The notes beneath the pieces are model-generated. The model searched no databases. It worked only from the letters and a program-made list of their open reading frames with translations, and was not told the DNA's origin. A stretch of DNA of 64,000 nucleotides. Origin: an uncultured Clostridia bacterium. GTDB lineage: Bacteria; Bacillota; Clostridia; Christensenellales; UBA1242. The translations under genes were made by a program, and so were the position numbers. This document shows positions 29,114 through 42,172 of the stretch, piece after piece. Each line of letters starts with the position of its first letter. The stretch's first letter is position 1. The DNA is taken from NCBI GenBank assembly GCA_944360075.1, contig CALVTE010000001.1:7054-71053 (forward strand), read 5' to 3'.

Positions 29114-29263
29114 TTTCTCTCTCCTTTATCTTTCTTTCAATGATACTTTTATTATACCCATCTTCTGCAATTTGTCAAGAACTTTTGCTGCTCAACAATC
29201 TTTTCTTGGCTGTTTGATATATTAAATAGAAGACATGATTTTTCAACATAATTTCTTGCCGCT

Positions 29264-30160
29264 TTACTTAAGCTTATCAAGATATTCTTGAAAATGAGTT
29301 GGCAATGCCGCTTCAAAATGCATAACTTCCTTTGTGCGAGGATGGCTAAACTGAATAAAGTAAGAATGCAAAAGTTGCCCTTTCAAGCTCTTTTCTGCCT
29401 TACCATAAACATCATCTCCCACAATTGGATGCCCCATCCACTTGCAATGAACTCGAATTTGATGAGTTCTGCCTGTTTGCAAGGAAAACTCAACCAAGGT
29501 TTTGTTTGAAAAAGTTTTGATAACCTTAAAATCAGTTATTGCTTTTTTTCCAGTTGAAGAAACCACATATTTTTTGCGGTCGGATTTGCTGCGTTCCAAA
29601 AAATTTTCAATATGCCCTTCACTTTCCTTGAAAACACCTTCACAAAGAGCTATGTATTTGCGTTTGCAGGTTTTGTTTTTGATTTGCTCAGCAAGTGATA
29701 GGTGTGCCATATCATTTTTGGCAACAAGCATAAGGCCGGAAGTGTTTTTGTCAAGTCTATGCACAATCCCCGGCCTAAGCACACCGTTGATGCCGCTTAA
29801 GTCCTTCACTTTTTCAAGAAGCCCGTTGACAAGAGTGCCCTCTTTAGTTGACGCACAAGGATGCACCACCAAACCTTGAGGTTTGTTGACCACCAAAAGG
29901 TCTTGGTCTTGATAAACAATTTCAAAATCGATATTTTCAGGCCTAGCTTCCAGCGGAACAAGGTCTTGAAAATCAAAGGATATTCGTTGCCCACTTTTTA
30001 GTTTTTCGCCAGATTTGACCGTTTTGTTTTGCAAAGTGATAAAGCCTTGGTCAATCAAATTTTTGATATGCGAGCGTGAAAAATCTGGATAATGCAGATT
30101 GAAAACAACATCAAGCCTTTTCCCCTTTTCATTTTCATCGACTGTAAAATATCCTTTCAA
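29264..30160 (-). CDS. rluD: 23S rRNA pseudouridine synthase, RluD subfamily (S4 domain plus RluA catalytic domain).
   Basis: N-terminal S4-like segment KRLDVVFNLHYPDFSRSHIKNLIDQGFITLQNK. Catalytic motif HRLDKNTSGLMLVAKN. It overlaps lspA by 4 nt, which is the conserved lspA-rluD pair. Confidence 0.88.
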   Translation of the reverse strand: MKGYFTVDENEKGKRLDVVFNLHYPDFSRSHIKNLIDQGFITLQNKTVKSGEKLKSGQRISFDFQDLVPLEARPENIDFEIVYQDQDLLVVNKPQGLVVHPCASTKEGTLVNGLLEKVKDLSGINGVLRPGIVHRLDKNTSGLMLVAKNDMAHLSLAEQIKNKTCKRKYIALCEGVFKESEGHIENFLERSKSDRKKYVVSSTGKKAITDFKVIKTFSNKTLVEFSLQTGRTHQIRVHCKWMGHPIVGDDVYGKAEKSLKGQLLHSYFIQFSHPRTKEVMHFEAALPTHFQEYLDKLK

Positions 30161-30861
30161 ATTTTCTCCTTATGCTTTTCTTCATTTTTTGATTTTTTTT
30201 GTTTTTTATTGTTTTTTTCGCTGTTTTTATCAGCATTTTCTTTGTTTTTTTCTTTATTATCGCCCTCGTCCAAAATTTCAGCCAGCCCTTCATTGAATTT
30301 CGATGCTTCAGCCCAAGATTCAGCTTCTTTTATTTTTTCAATTTCAATGCGCTTCTTTTCTTTTTTTACAGCAAAAATATATTCGCAAAGAAAATATATC
30401 ACAAGCAAAATCACTCCGATTGTGATTGCACTGTCGGCAATGTTAAATACAGGGAAATTGATAAATTGAAAATTAATGAAATCTCGGACGTAGCCAAAGA
30501 TCACTCTGTCATACAAATTGCCAAGAGAGCCGCCAAAAATCATCCCCATCGCAACAGACAAAAGTGTCAAATATTTATTTTGTTGGTCTTTCAACTTTAA
30601 AAGATAATACCAAACCAGCACACCCAGCAAAACCAAAGTTATCACAATAAGCAAAGCTGTCTGTCCGCCAAGAATTCCACCACTTGCACCATCATTTTGA
30701 ACATGAACAAAATTGATAAAACCTTCAATAAAGGAGGCTTGATCTCCAACATTTGGGATAAGGCTGCCAATCAAAAGATATTTTGTGAGCATATCAAACA
30801 CCAGAACAAGCATAACAACAATGATTGCAACAAAAACCGTCTTAAAAAATTTACTTTTCAA
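30157..30861 (-). CDS. lspA: Lipoprotein signal peptidase II with a ~69-aa Lys/Glu/Asn-rich C-terminal tail.
   Basis: Core motifs VQNDGASGGILGG and FPVFNIADSAITIGVILL. The start is proposed at TTG 30861, which has GGAGGG 8 nt upstream. The track start at 30948 would overlap sepF by about 100 nt. Confidence 0.8.
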   Translation of the reverse strand: MKSKFFKTVFVAIIVVMLVLVFDMLTKYLLIGSLIPNVGDQASFIEGFINFVHVQNDGASGGILGGQTALLIVITLVLLGVLVWYYLLKLKDQQNKYLTLLSVAMGMIFGGSLGNLYDRVIFGYVRDFINFQFINFPVFNIADSAITIGVILLVIYFLCEYIFAVKKEKKRIEIEKIKEAESWAEASKFNEGLAEILDEGDNKEKNKENADKNSEKNNKKQKKSKNEEKHKEKI

Positions 30862-31216
30862 CTTCCATGCCCTCCGGCAAATATAAATACAGTTTGTTTT
30901 CTTCAATCTCATGTCTTGTGGCAGACAGGGCAAAACACACGCCTTCAAAGTATGTCAAAATGCGTTCGGCAAGTGGTTTTTCGCAATATTCAATGGAAAT
31001 AATGCAAGGGTTGCCCTTTTTCAAAATTTCTGCAAAGTCGCGCACTTGCAAATAGCTTTCTGGATAGTAAACTGGCACGCCATCAATCTCTTCCGCCCTT
31101 GATTTGATTTTGCCGTGCTTGATTTTAAAACTAGCCTTAGTTCTATTCTTTTCCGGTTTGTTTTTTTCATCGCTTTCAAAGCCAAGCGCTCTAAAAATTT
31201 TACCCATAAACCCCAT
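30851..31216 (-). CDS. sepF: Cell division protein SepF.
   Basis: The C-terminal DUF552-type core is VPVYYPESYLQVRDFAEILKKGNPCIISIEYCEKPLAERILTYFEGVCFALSATRHEIEENKLYLYLPEG. The ATG at 31216 has GAAGGTG upstream. Confidence 0.8.
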   Translation of the reverse strand: MGFMGKIFRALGFESDEKNKPEKNRTKASFKIKHGKIKSRAEEIDGVPVYYPESYLQVRDFAEILKKGNPCIISIEYCEKPLAERILTYFEGVCFALSATRHEIEENKLYLYLPEGMEVEK

Positions 31217-31399
31217 AAACAGCACCTTCTAAATCAATTTTTTTTATTATAGCACAATCGCAAAGAAAAATAAAAGAAATTTTGCCTCTTCTGCCTTTTA
31301 AAAACAAAAAGATAAAAAATTGGAGAGGGTTTTGCCAAAAAAAATCAATTTTTGCAGATTTTTGCACTGCCATGCTTTCACCTTTTTTGACAAAGAGAT

Positions 31400-31432
31400 A
31401 AAAAAAATGACTGAAAATTCAGCCATTTTTTT
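31400..31432 (-). terminator. Rho-independent terminator after tuf.
   Basis: On the minus strand: ATGGCTGAA, loop TTT, TCAGTCAT (one G-U pair), followed by TTTTTTTT. Confidence 0.7.
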
Positions 31433-31444
31433 CTTTTATCAAAA

Positions 31445-32647
31445 TTATTCAACAATTGTTGAAACAACGCCAGAACCAACTGTTCTGCCACCTTCACGGA
31501 TAGCGAAACGCAGTCCTTGTTCGATAGCGATAGGGTTGATAAGAGTGATTGTCATCTTAACGTGGTCGCCAGGCATAACCATTTCTACGCCCTTTTCAAG
31601 TTCGATAACGCCAGTGATGTCAGTTGTTCTGAAATAGAATTGTGGTCTGTAACCATTGAAGAATGGAGTGTGACGGCCACCTTCTTCTTTCTTAAGAACG
31701 TAAACTTCAGCTGTGAATTTTGTGTGTGGGTGAATTGAACCTGGTTTGCAAAGAACTTGACCTCTTTCGATATCTGTTCTTTGAATTCCACGAAGAAGAA
31801 GACCAGCATTGTCGCCAGCGATTGCAGCGTCAAGAGACTTGTGGAACATTTCAACGCCTGTGATAACAGTTTGTTTTGATGCGCCAAGTCCAACGATTTC
31901 AACAGTGTCGCCAACTTTTACAGTTCCTCTTTCAACTCTACCAGTTGCAACAGTTCCACGACCAGTGATTGTGAAAACGTCTTCAACAGGCATAAGGAAA
32001 GGTTTGTCAGTTTCTCTTTGAGGCTCAGGAATGTAAGAATCAAGAGCGTCAAGAAGTTCTTGAATGCAAGCGCAAGCAGGATCAGAAACGTTGCCAGCTT
32101 GAGCAGCTTCAAGAGCTTTCAAAGCAGAACCTTTGATGATTGGAGTTTTGTCGCCAGGGAAACCATATTCAGTAAGAAGGTCTCTGATTTCCATTTCAAC
32201 AAGTTCAAGAAGTTCAGGGTCGTCAACTTGATCAGTTTTGTTCATAAACACAACGATGTAAGGAACGCCAACCTGTCTTGCAAGAAGGATGTGCTCTCTA
32301 GTTTGAGGCATTGGACCATCTGTTGCAGCAACAACAAGGATAGCACCGTCCATTTGAGCAGCACCTGTGATCATGTTTTTAACGTAGTCTGCGTGTCCTG
32401 GGCAGTCAACGTGAGCATAGTGACGTTTGTCAGTTTCATACTCAACGTGAGCTGTGTTGATTGTAATACCTCTAGCTTTTTCTTCTGGAGCCTTATCAAT
32501 CTCATCATATCTCATTTTTTGAGCGTAACCCTTAGCAGCTGAATACATTGTGATAGCAGCAGTAAGAGTTGTTTTACCATGGTCAACGTGACCAATAGTT
32601 CCAACGTTTACGTGTGGTTTTTTTCTTTCATAAACACCAATAGCCAT
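31445..32647 (-). CDS. tuf: Elongation factor Tu.
   Basis: [18 protein letters not shown] and NKTD motifs, with full-length conservation over 400 aa. Confidence 0.98.
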   Translation of the reverse strand: MAIGVYERKKPHVNVGTIGHVDHGKTTLTAAITMYSAAKGYAQKMRYDEIDKAPEEKARGITINTAHVEYETDKRHYAHVDCPGHADYVKNMITGAAQMDGAILVVAATDGPMPQTREHILLARQVGVPYIVVFMNKTDQVDDPELLELVEMEIRDLLTEYGFPGDKTPIIKGSALKALEAAQAGNVSDPACACIQELLDALDSYIPEPQRETDKPFLMPVEDVFTITGRGTVATGRVERGTVKVGDTVEIVGLGASKQTVITGVEMFHKSLDAAIAGDNAGLLLRGIQRTDIERGQVLCKPGSIHPHTKFTAEVYVLKKEEGGRHTPFFNGYRPQFYFRTTDITGVIELEKGVEMVMPGDHVKMTITLINPIAIEQGLRFAIREGGRTVGSGVVSTIVE

Positions 32648-32818
32648 TTTAAAAAATCTCCTTTTTTTATTTTGCTACCATATCATAGCATATTTTTTTG
32701 TAAAAACAAAATGTTTTTGTGACTTTTCACAAATTTTTTGGCTTAAATTGCTCAAAATAAAGGCAAAATTGCATTGTCAAGCAAATTTTAAGCCAGCAAA
32801 TTGATGAAAAATTGATTT

Positions 32819-34894
32819 TTACTTGTTTTTAGCTCGCTCGCCAATAATGGTTTGAGCGATTGATTTTGGAACTTCTTGATATTTCAAAGGTTCCATAACA
32901 TAATTGCCTCTGCCCTGAGTTTGAGAGCGAAGGTCGGTTGCATAGCCAAACATTTCAGCAAGAGGCACTTCTGCATTGACAATTTGAATTCCTGCAGAAG
33001 ATTCTGTGCCAGTAAGCATTCCTCTTCGAGAAGTAAGGTTGCCCATAACTGTTCCAAGATATTCATCTGGCACTTCAACAGACACCTTCATGATAGGCTC
33101 GAGAAGCACAGGGTCTGCATTTCTTGCGCCTTCTTGGAAAGCCATAGAACCAGCAATTTTGAAGGCCATTTCAGAAGAGTCGACTTCGTGGTATGAGCCG
33201 TCAACCAAAGTGACTTTGAAGTCAACAGTTTCATAGCCAGCAAGCACACCGTTCATTCTTGCTTCGTTGATACCATTGTTGATTGGCTGAATATATTCTT
33301 TTGGAACAGAGCCGCCCACCGTTTTGTCTTCAAACTGATAGCCTTGACCTGGCTCGAGAGGTTCCATCTCAATAACGCAGTGTCCGTATTGACCTTTACC
33401 ACCAGACTGACGGATGAATTTTCCTTCAGCCCGAACAGCCTTTTTGATTGCTTCACGATAGCTTACTTGTGGTTTTCCAACAGTTGCTTCAACCTTAAAT
33501 TCACGAAGAAGTCTGTCAACAATGATTTCAAGGTGAAGTTCGCCCATACCAGCAATCAAAGTTTGACCGGTCTCTTGGTTTGTTGAAACTTTGAAAGATG
33601 GGTCTTCGCGAGAAAGTTTTGCAAGAGCAAGAGCCATTTTTTCTTGCATATCTTTTGTTTTTGGCTCGATTGCAAGTTGAATAACAGGTTCTGGGAAATC
33701 CATACTTTCAAGTTGGATAGGATGCTTTTCATCACAAAGAGTATGTCCTGTGATGGTGTCTTTAAGCCCAACGATAGCGGCAATGTCACCTGCCCCAACT
33801 TCGTTGATTTCTTGTCTGTTGTTTGCGTGCATTCGAATAAGTCTGCCCACTCTTTCAGTTTTGCCTGTGTTTGAGTTGTAAACATAAGAGCCTGCAGTCA
33901 GTTTGCCTGAATAAACACGGAAGAAAGTTAAGCCACCAACATAAGGGTCTGTCATGATTTTAAATGCAAGACCAGCAAGTGGAGCATTTTCATCTGGAGC
34001 TCTGTCTTCTTCTTCCCCCGTTTCAGGGTTGATGCCTTTGATATGTTCGATATCAAGTGGACTTGGAAGATATTCAACCATTGCATCCAAAAGCATTTGC
34101 ACGCCTTTGTTTTTGTAAGAAGAGCCGCACAGAACAGGCACAAGAGCCTTGCTGATTGTTGCTTTTCTTATTGCCTTTTTAAGTTCGTCAATTGAAATTT
34201 CTTCTCCCTCAAAATATCTTTCAAGCAAAGCATCATCAGTTTCAACAATTTTTTCAATCATTTTGTTATGTTCATCTTCTGCTTTTGCCTTAAGTTCTGC
34301 AGGAATATCCGAAATTTCGATTTGAGTGCCCATGTCGTCCTTATAAATTTCTGCTTTCATGGTCAAAAGGTCGATAATTCCGCGGAATGTGTCAGCCTCG
34401 CCAATAGGCATTTGGATTGGCAATGGATTTGTTTTAAGTCTTCTTTGTATTGATTCAACGCAGCCAAAGAAGTCTGCAGCATCTCTGTCCATTTTGTTGA
34501 CGTAGATGATGGTTGGCACTTTGTATTTGTTTGATTGACGCCAAACAGTTTCTGTTTGAGGTTGAACTTTGTCACGAGCAGAAAGCACCAAAACAGCACC
34601 ATCAAGCACTTTGAGTGAACGCTCAACTTCAACTGTGAAGTCAACGTGTCCCGGAGTGTCGATAATGTTGATTTTATGCCCTTTCCAAGAGCAAGTTGTG
34701 CAGGCTGAAGTGATTGTGATACCTCTTTCCTGTTCCTGCGCCATCCAGTCCATTGTTGCAGCACCATCGTGAACTTCGCCGATTTTGTGGCTTTTGCCTG
34801 TGTAATACAAAATACGCTCAGTTGTTGTGGTTTTTCCTGCGTCAATGTGCGCCATAATGCCGACATTTCTAGTAAGTTCTAGATTGTTTGCCAT
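32819..34894 (-). CDS. fusA: Elongation factor G.
   Basis: [27 protein letters not shown] and NKMD motifs; 691 aa. Confidence 0.98.
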   Translation of the reverse strand: MANNLELTRNVGIMAHIDAGKTTTTERILYYTGKSHKIGEVHDGAATMDWMAQEQERGITITSACTTCSWKGHKINIIDTPGHVDFTVEVERSLKVLDGAVLVLSARDKVQPQTETVWRQSNKYKVPTIIYVNKMDRDAADFFGCVESIQRRLKTNPLPIQMPIGEADTFRGIIDLLTMKAEIYKDDMGTQIEISDIPAELKAKAEDEHNKMIEKIVETDDALLERYFEGEEISIDELKKAIRKATISKALVPVLCGSSYKNKGVQMLLDAMVEYLPSPLDIEHIKGINPETGEEEDRAPDENAPLAGLAFKIMTDPYVGGLTFFRVYSGKLTAGSYVYNSNTGKTERVGRLIRMHANNRQEINEVGAGDIAAIVGLKDTITGHTLCDEKHPIQLESMDFPEPVIQLAIEPKTKDMQEKMALALAKLSREDPSFKVSTNQETGQTLIAGMGELHLEIIVDRLLREFKVEATVGKPQVSYREAIKKAVRAEGKFIRQSGGKGQYGHCVIEMEPLEPGQGYQFEDKTVGGSVPKEYIQPINNGINEARMNGVLAGYETVDFKVTLVDGSYHEVDSSEMAFKIAGSMAFQEGARNADPVLLEPIMKVSVEVPDEYLGTVMGNLTSRRGMLTGTESSAGIQIVNAEVPLAEMFGYATDLRSQTQGRGNYVMEPLKYQEVPKSIAQTIIGERAKNK

Positions 34895-34948
34895 ATTTTT
34901 TTCTCCTATATAGATTTATATCCTTTTTTGATTGGTGATATAAGCCAA

Positions 34949-35233
34949 TTATTTTTCTAAATCTTTAAATTCTTCAAGAAACTCCAGCCATTTTTGTTTC
35001 AATTCATTTTTGTATTGCTCGGTAATGCTGTAATCGCCTAAAGTGTATAAATCATTTTCAGTAAACACAAATTTTGGTTGTTCTCCCCAAAATTTCACAT
35101 TCAAAATGACTGCGATAAAGTCATTTTCTCTGTTGCATTCTATTGAAAGATCTTCACTTGCAACCTTTAATATCTCAGAAAAGAAATTATTAAATGCTGG
35201 CATGTTTCTTGCAAAAATTTCTGTTAAATCCAC
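34949..35233 (-). CDS. Small acidic hypothetical protein inserted between rpsG and fusA.
   Basis: 94 aa starting at GTG 35233, with AAGGAG 5 nt upstream. The product is (M)DLTEIFARNMPAFNNFFSEILKVASEDLSIECNRENDFIAVILNVKFWGEQPKFVFTENDLYTLGDYSITEQYKNELKQKWLEFLEEFKDLEK. The track ORF (151 aa) extends into rpsG in another frame and was trimmed. Confidence 0.6.
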   Translation of the reverse strand: MDLTEIFARNMPAFNNFFSEILKVASEDLSIECNRENDFIAVILNVKFWGEQPKFVFTENDLYTLGDYSITEQYKNELKQKWLEFLEEFKDLEK

Positions 35234-35249
35234 CCTTTCTCCTTTAGTT

Positions 35250-35723
35250 TTACCACTTGAAATGAGCAAATGCCTTGTTTGCTTCAGCCATTCTGTGAAG
35301 TTCATCACGCTTTTTGATTGAAGCGCCAGTTGAGTTGAAAGCGTCCATAATTTCGCCTGCAAGTCTTGCTTGCATTCCTCTTTCGCCAGTTCTTTTTCTT
35401 GCAAAGTTCACAAGCCAGCGGATGGCAAGAGTTTGACGGCGTTCTGGTCTGATTTCCATTGGAACTTGATAAGTTGCTCCGCCCACCCTTCTAGATTTTG
35501 TTTCAAGCACTGGTTTCACATTTTCAAGTGCAGTCAAGAACACTTCAAGTGGTTCTTGTTCAAGTTTTTCTTTTATAATGTCAAAAGCTCCGTAAACAAT
35601 CCTTTGAGCAAGTCCTTTCTTTCCAGATTCCATAACCTGGTTTACAAGTTTTGTAACAACTTTGCTCTTATAAATTGGATCTGGGAGAACATCTTTTTTG
35701 ACAGCACAATTTCTTCTTGGCAT
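35250..35723 (-). CDS. rpsG: 30S ribosomal protein S7.
   Basis: [31 protein letters not shown]...[10 protein letters not shown]; a canonical S7. Confidence 0.97.
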   Translation of the reverse strand: MPRRNCAVKKDVLPDPIYKSKVVTKLVNQVMESGKKGLAQRIVYGAFDIIKEKLEQEPLEVFLTALENVKPVLETKSRRVGGATYQVPMEIRPERRQTLAIRWLVNFARKRTGERGMQARLAGEIMDAFNSTGASIKKRDELHRMAEANKAFAHFKW

Positions 35724-35770
35724 AATTTTTTCTCCTTTTAAAATTTTTGTTTTTTCAAAGCAAAGTCATT

Positions 35771-36151
35771 TTACTTTGTTTTCTTTGGGCGTTTTGCGCC
35801 ATATTTTGAACGAGCTTGCTTTCTGTTTTGCACACCAGCTGTGTCAAGTGTGCCTCTGATGATGTGATATCTCACACCAGGAAGGTCCTTAACTCTGCCG
35901 CCCCTAACAAGAACAACGCTGTGCTCTTGAAGGTTGTGTCCAATTCCAGGGATGTAGCAAGTTCCTTCTTGACCATTTGAAAGCTTGACTCTTGCAATTT
36001 TTCGAAGTGCTGAGTTAGGCTTTTTTGGTGTTGCAGTTCTCACTGAAAGGCAAACTCCTCTCTTTTGAGGGCATTCTTCCAAAAGTGGAGCTTTGGATTT
36101 TTTCTCAAAAGTTTCTCTTCCCTTTCTTACAAGTTGGTTGATTGTAGGCAT
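35771..36151 (-). CDS. rpsL: 30S ribosomal protein S12.
   Basis: [12 protein letters not shown]...[10 protein letters not shown]...[19 protein letters not shown]; a canonical S12. Confidence 0.97.
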   Translation of the reverse strand: MPTINQLVRKGRETFEKKSKAPLLEECPQKRGVCLSVRTATPKKPNSALRKIARVKLSNGQEGTCYIPGIGHNLQEHSVVLVRGGRVKDLPGVRYHIIRGTLDTAGVQNRKQARSKYGAKRPKKTK

Positions 36152-36433
36152 TTCCTTCTCCTTTTAACTCAATTTTCTTGAGAGATTTTGTCGATAAAAA
36201 AGCACGGCCGCTAGTTGTCGTGCACAAAAAACGCTTTTTTCTTTGTAAAACATGAACAAGCACGATTGCCATTTTTGGCAACTCCACCAAAAAGCTTTGG
36301 TGAATCGGCGACTATGGGAAAGGTTTTGCCTTTTTTCAAATGTTTGAAAAGCCACCTGCTGTTTGTTTATGCCTATCTTTTAAGAACTAAGCATTGCTTC
36401 CGACAACGAAGCATACGAGAAGTATTATATATA

Positions 36434-36485
36434 TAAAAAAAAGTTTGTCAAGTTTTTTTGGCAACTTCTGACAAACTTTTTGAAA
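36434..36485 (-). terminator. Terminator of the upstream two-gene membrane-protein unit. A candidate rpsL promoter overlaps it.
   Basis: 10-bp stem AAGTTTGTCA / TGACAAACTT (36441-36450 and 36469-36478). On the minus strand it is followed by TTTTTTTT. The downstream stem arm supplies TTGACA, and TATAAT follows 15 nt later. Confidence 0.55.
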
Positions 36486-36516
36486 TTTTTGATTTGTTTT
36501 CAAGTTGGTTTTTCGC

Positions 36517-36939
36517 TCACTTTTCATCCTCGTCGTTTTGACTGCTAAAAGTCTGGTCATCTTGGGCAAAGTTTTTGGTTGCAGATGATTGATTTTTCTT
36601 CATTTCCACCCTGCGTTGATAGCGGCAAACCTTCTCTTGCAGACTGTTGGAAAATTCTTTGTCATTTTGGTAATCAATGATATAATCAAAGCCAAACAAC
36701 GAACTTGCAAACACCAAACTTGCAGAAAACATCTCCACAACAGCCTTATATTTTTCTGGAAGAATTGGCCTTAAAAGAAAAGGCGCAACAACTCCGCTGA
36801 CAAAAGCAAAGCCAGCCCCCACAATTTTTATAAACGACTTGACTTCTTCCCTATAAGACTTTTTAAGATTTTCTTCAAGAACTTTCAGCATTCTTTCGTC
36901 ATTTGCAACGATGCTTTTTCTTTTTGGTTTATCGTTCAT
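36517..36939 (-). CDS. Hypothetical membrane protein (TM hairpin with charged tails).
   Basis: 140 aa starting at the ATG at 36939, with AGGAGAGGAG upstream. The hydrophobic pair is IVGAGFAFVSGVVAPFLL / FSASLVFASSLFGF. It overlaps the upstream gene by 11 nt. Confidence 0.55.
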   Translation of the reverse strand: MNDKPKRKSIVANDERMLKVLEENLKKSYREEVKSFIKIVGAGFAFVSGVVAPFLLRPILPEKYKAVVEMFSASLVFASSLFGFDYIIDYQNDKEFSNSLQEKVCRYQRRVEMKKNQSSATKNFAQDDQTFSSQNDEDEK

Positions 36940-37411
36940 GCTCCTCTCCTGTGCCAACTTCAATTTGAACACAACTAGACTCTTTCGTTTCCTCACTCAA
37001 ACATCTATCTGAGGCTTTTCTTAGCGCAACAATTTTTTTTGCCTGGGCAAGTGTTTGCTTAAAACATTGTTTTTCATCCTTCTCATTCCCCTTGTTTTTC
37101 AGACCCTTTTCTTTTTGCTCTACCAGCGACTGCAAAATTTTTGCTTGCTTGCCGCTTTGATAGATTTTGCTGGCGGTGTAAACAGACGAAACTGCTGTAA
37201 GGCAAGAAACCCCCGTTTGAAGATAACGCAGCTGCTCCATAGACAGTGATGGAAAGCGCGCTGCAAGTAGCGCCCAACTTGCCACCATCACAAGCCCGCC
37301 CACCAGAGCTTTTGCCATAGTTTTTATCACCTGTCTTGCTGCAAGAACAATTTTTGCATCCGCACTTTTAATAAAATCTTGTGCTTCTTCTTCGTTTAAA
37401 ACAATTTTCAT
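36929..37411 (-). CDS. Hypothetical membrane protein with the same architecture as the downstream neighbour.
   Basis: 160 aa. The hydrophobic pair is ALVGGLVMVASWALLAA / GVSCLTAVSSVYTA, followed by a charged C-terminal region. Confidence 0.55.
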   Translation of the reverse strand: MKIVLNEEEAQDFIKSADAKIVLAARQVIKTMAKALVGGLVMVASWALLAARFPSLSMEQLRYLQTGVSCLTAVSSVYTASKIYQSGKQAKILQSLVEQKEKGLKNKGNEKDEKQCFKQTLAQAKKIVALRKASDRCLSEETKESSCVQIEVGTGEEHER

Positions 37412-37504
37412 ATTTTTTCCTTTTTACAGCAGCATTTTAGCATCATTTTGCTTGCTTGTCAATATCAAAACAAAAAACAGGCATCTTCAAAACGCCTGTT
37501 TTTT

Positions 37505-41628
<4,124 letters not shown>

Positions 41629-41720
41629 GGCCCTATTTTACCAAACTTTTTATCTTTATCAAAATTATTTCAAAATGTTTAGCAAAGTTTTCAAAATTTG
41701 TCAGAATTTTTTTGAATCGC

Positions 41721-41750
41721 CAAAAAAAGCCCTGCGTTAAAACAAGGCTT
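41721..41750 (-). terminator. Rho-independent terminator, read on the minus strand, distal to the repeat array.
   Basis: On the minus strand: AAGCCTTG, loop TTTTAACG, CAGGGCTT, followed by TTTTTTTGG. The T-G wobble is only valid on the minus strand. Confidence 0.6.
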
Positions 41751-41756
41751 TATAGA

Positions 41757-42165
41757 AAAATAGAAACAAGCAGCGCAAGGGGCGAAGGCTTTAGCGGGGC
41801 GGGAGTTTGGTTAGAGCCCCAAATGACCGGACCGAATCAGCCTTCAGCAAACAGCTGCGCGCCATGGCAAATAAAACAAAGTCTGCTGCGGAGATGATTT
41901 AAACAAAATAGAAACAAGCAGCGCAAGGCTCGAAGGCTTTAGCGGGGCGGGAGTTTGGTTTACGCCCAAATGACCGGACCGAATCAGCCTTCAGTAAACA
42001 GCTGCGCGCCATGGCAAATAAAACAGATTCTGCTGCGGAGATGATTTAAACAAAATAGAAACAAGCAGCGCAAGGGGCGAAGGCTTTAGCGGGGCGGGAG
42101 TTTGGTTTACGCCCAAATGACCGAACCGAATCAGCCTTCAGCAAACGCAGCGCTGCGCCGTTTAT
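41757..42165. repeat. Three head-to-tail copies of a ~148-nt GC-rich foldable element. The family is unknown and it may be a structured RNA.
   Basis: Copies lie at 41757-41904, 41905-42051 and 42052-42165; the third lacks the ~40-nt tail. The periods are 148 and 147 nt, with only a handful of substitutions between copies. Each copy contains GAAGGCT...AGCCTTC enclosing GGGGC/GCCCC or GGGCG/CGCCC. Confidence 0.85.
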
Positions 42166-42172
42166 ATTTTGT

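Noticed and set aside
28568-29143. A 191-aa plus-strand ORF with striking periodicity (IPFAIF...SSIAF...).
   Set aside because: It is the antisense reading of the WG-repeat gene. The periodicity is inherited from the sense-strand repeats, it has no SD, and the sense strand has a clear repeat-family signature.
32018-32542. A 174-aa plus-strand ORF inside tuf, and the 167-aa alternative-frame ORF at 34363-34866 inside fusA.
   Set aside because: These are shadow or alternative frames of extremely conserved genes, with no independent start signals.
32648-32818. An internal promoter for tuf in the fusA-tuf spacer (TTGACA at 32780-32775 on the minus strand).
   Set aside because: No acceptable -10 hexamer lies at 16-18 nt spacing.
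35234-35404. The upstream part of the 151-aa track ORF overlapping the 3' end of rpsG.
   Set aside because: It lies out of frame within rpsG. A GTG with AAGGAG immediately after the rpsG stop gives a self-contained 94-aa gene.
36201-36225. A hairpin plus T run (GCACG...CGTGC TTTTTT, minus strand) about 50 nt upstream of rpsL as a transcription attenuator.
   Set aside because: The stem is only 5 bp with a 12-nt loop, which is too weak to call.
41795-41840. Resemblance of GGGAGUUUGGUUAGAGCC...AAAUGAC to the J2/3-P3 region of purine riboswitches (GGGAGUUUCUACCAAGAGCC).
   Set aside because: The flanking P1, L2 and L3 elements (UAUAAU, GAUAUGG, the complementary P3 arm) are absent. The similarity is limited to a short string.
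41757-42165. The tandem repeats as a CRISPR array or as a protein-coding repeat (track ORF 41607-41897 on the plus strand).
   Set aside because: The units are contiguous at ~148 nt with no unique spacers. The plus-strand ORF covers only copy 1 and has no SD. The recurring minus-strand 24-codon frame lacks an SD and loses its ATG in copy 3.
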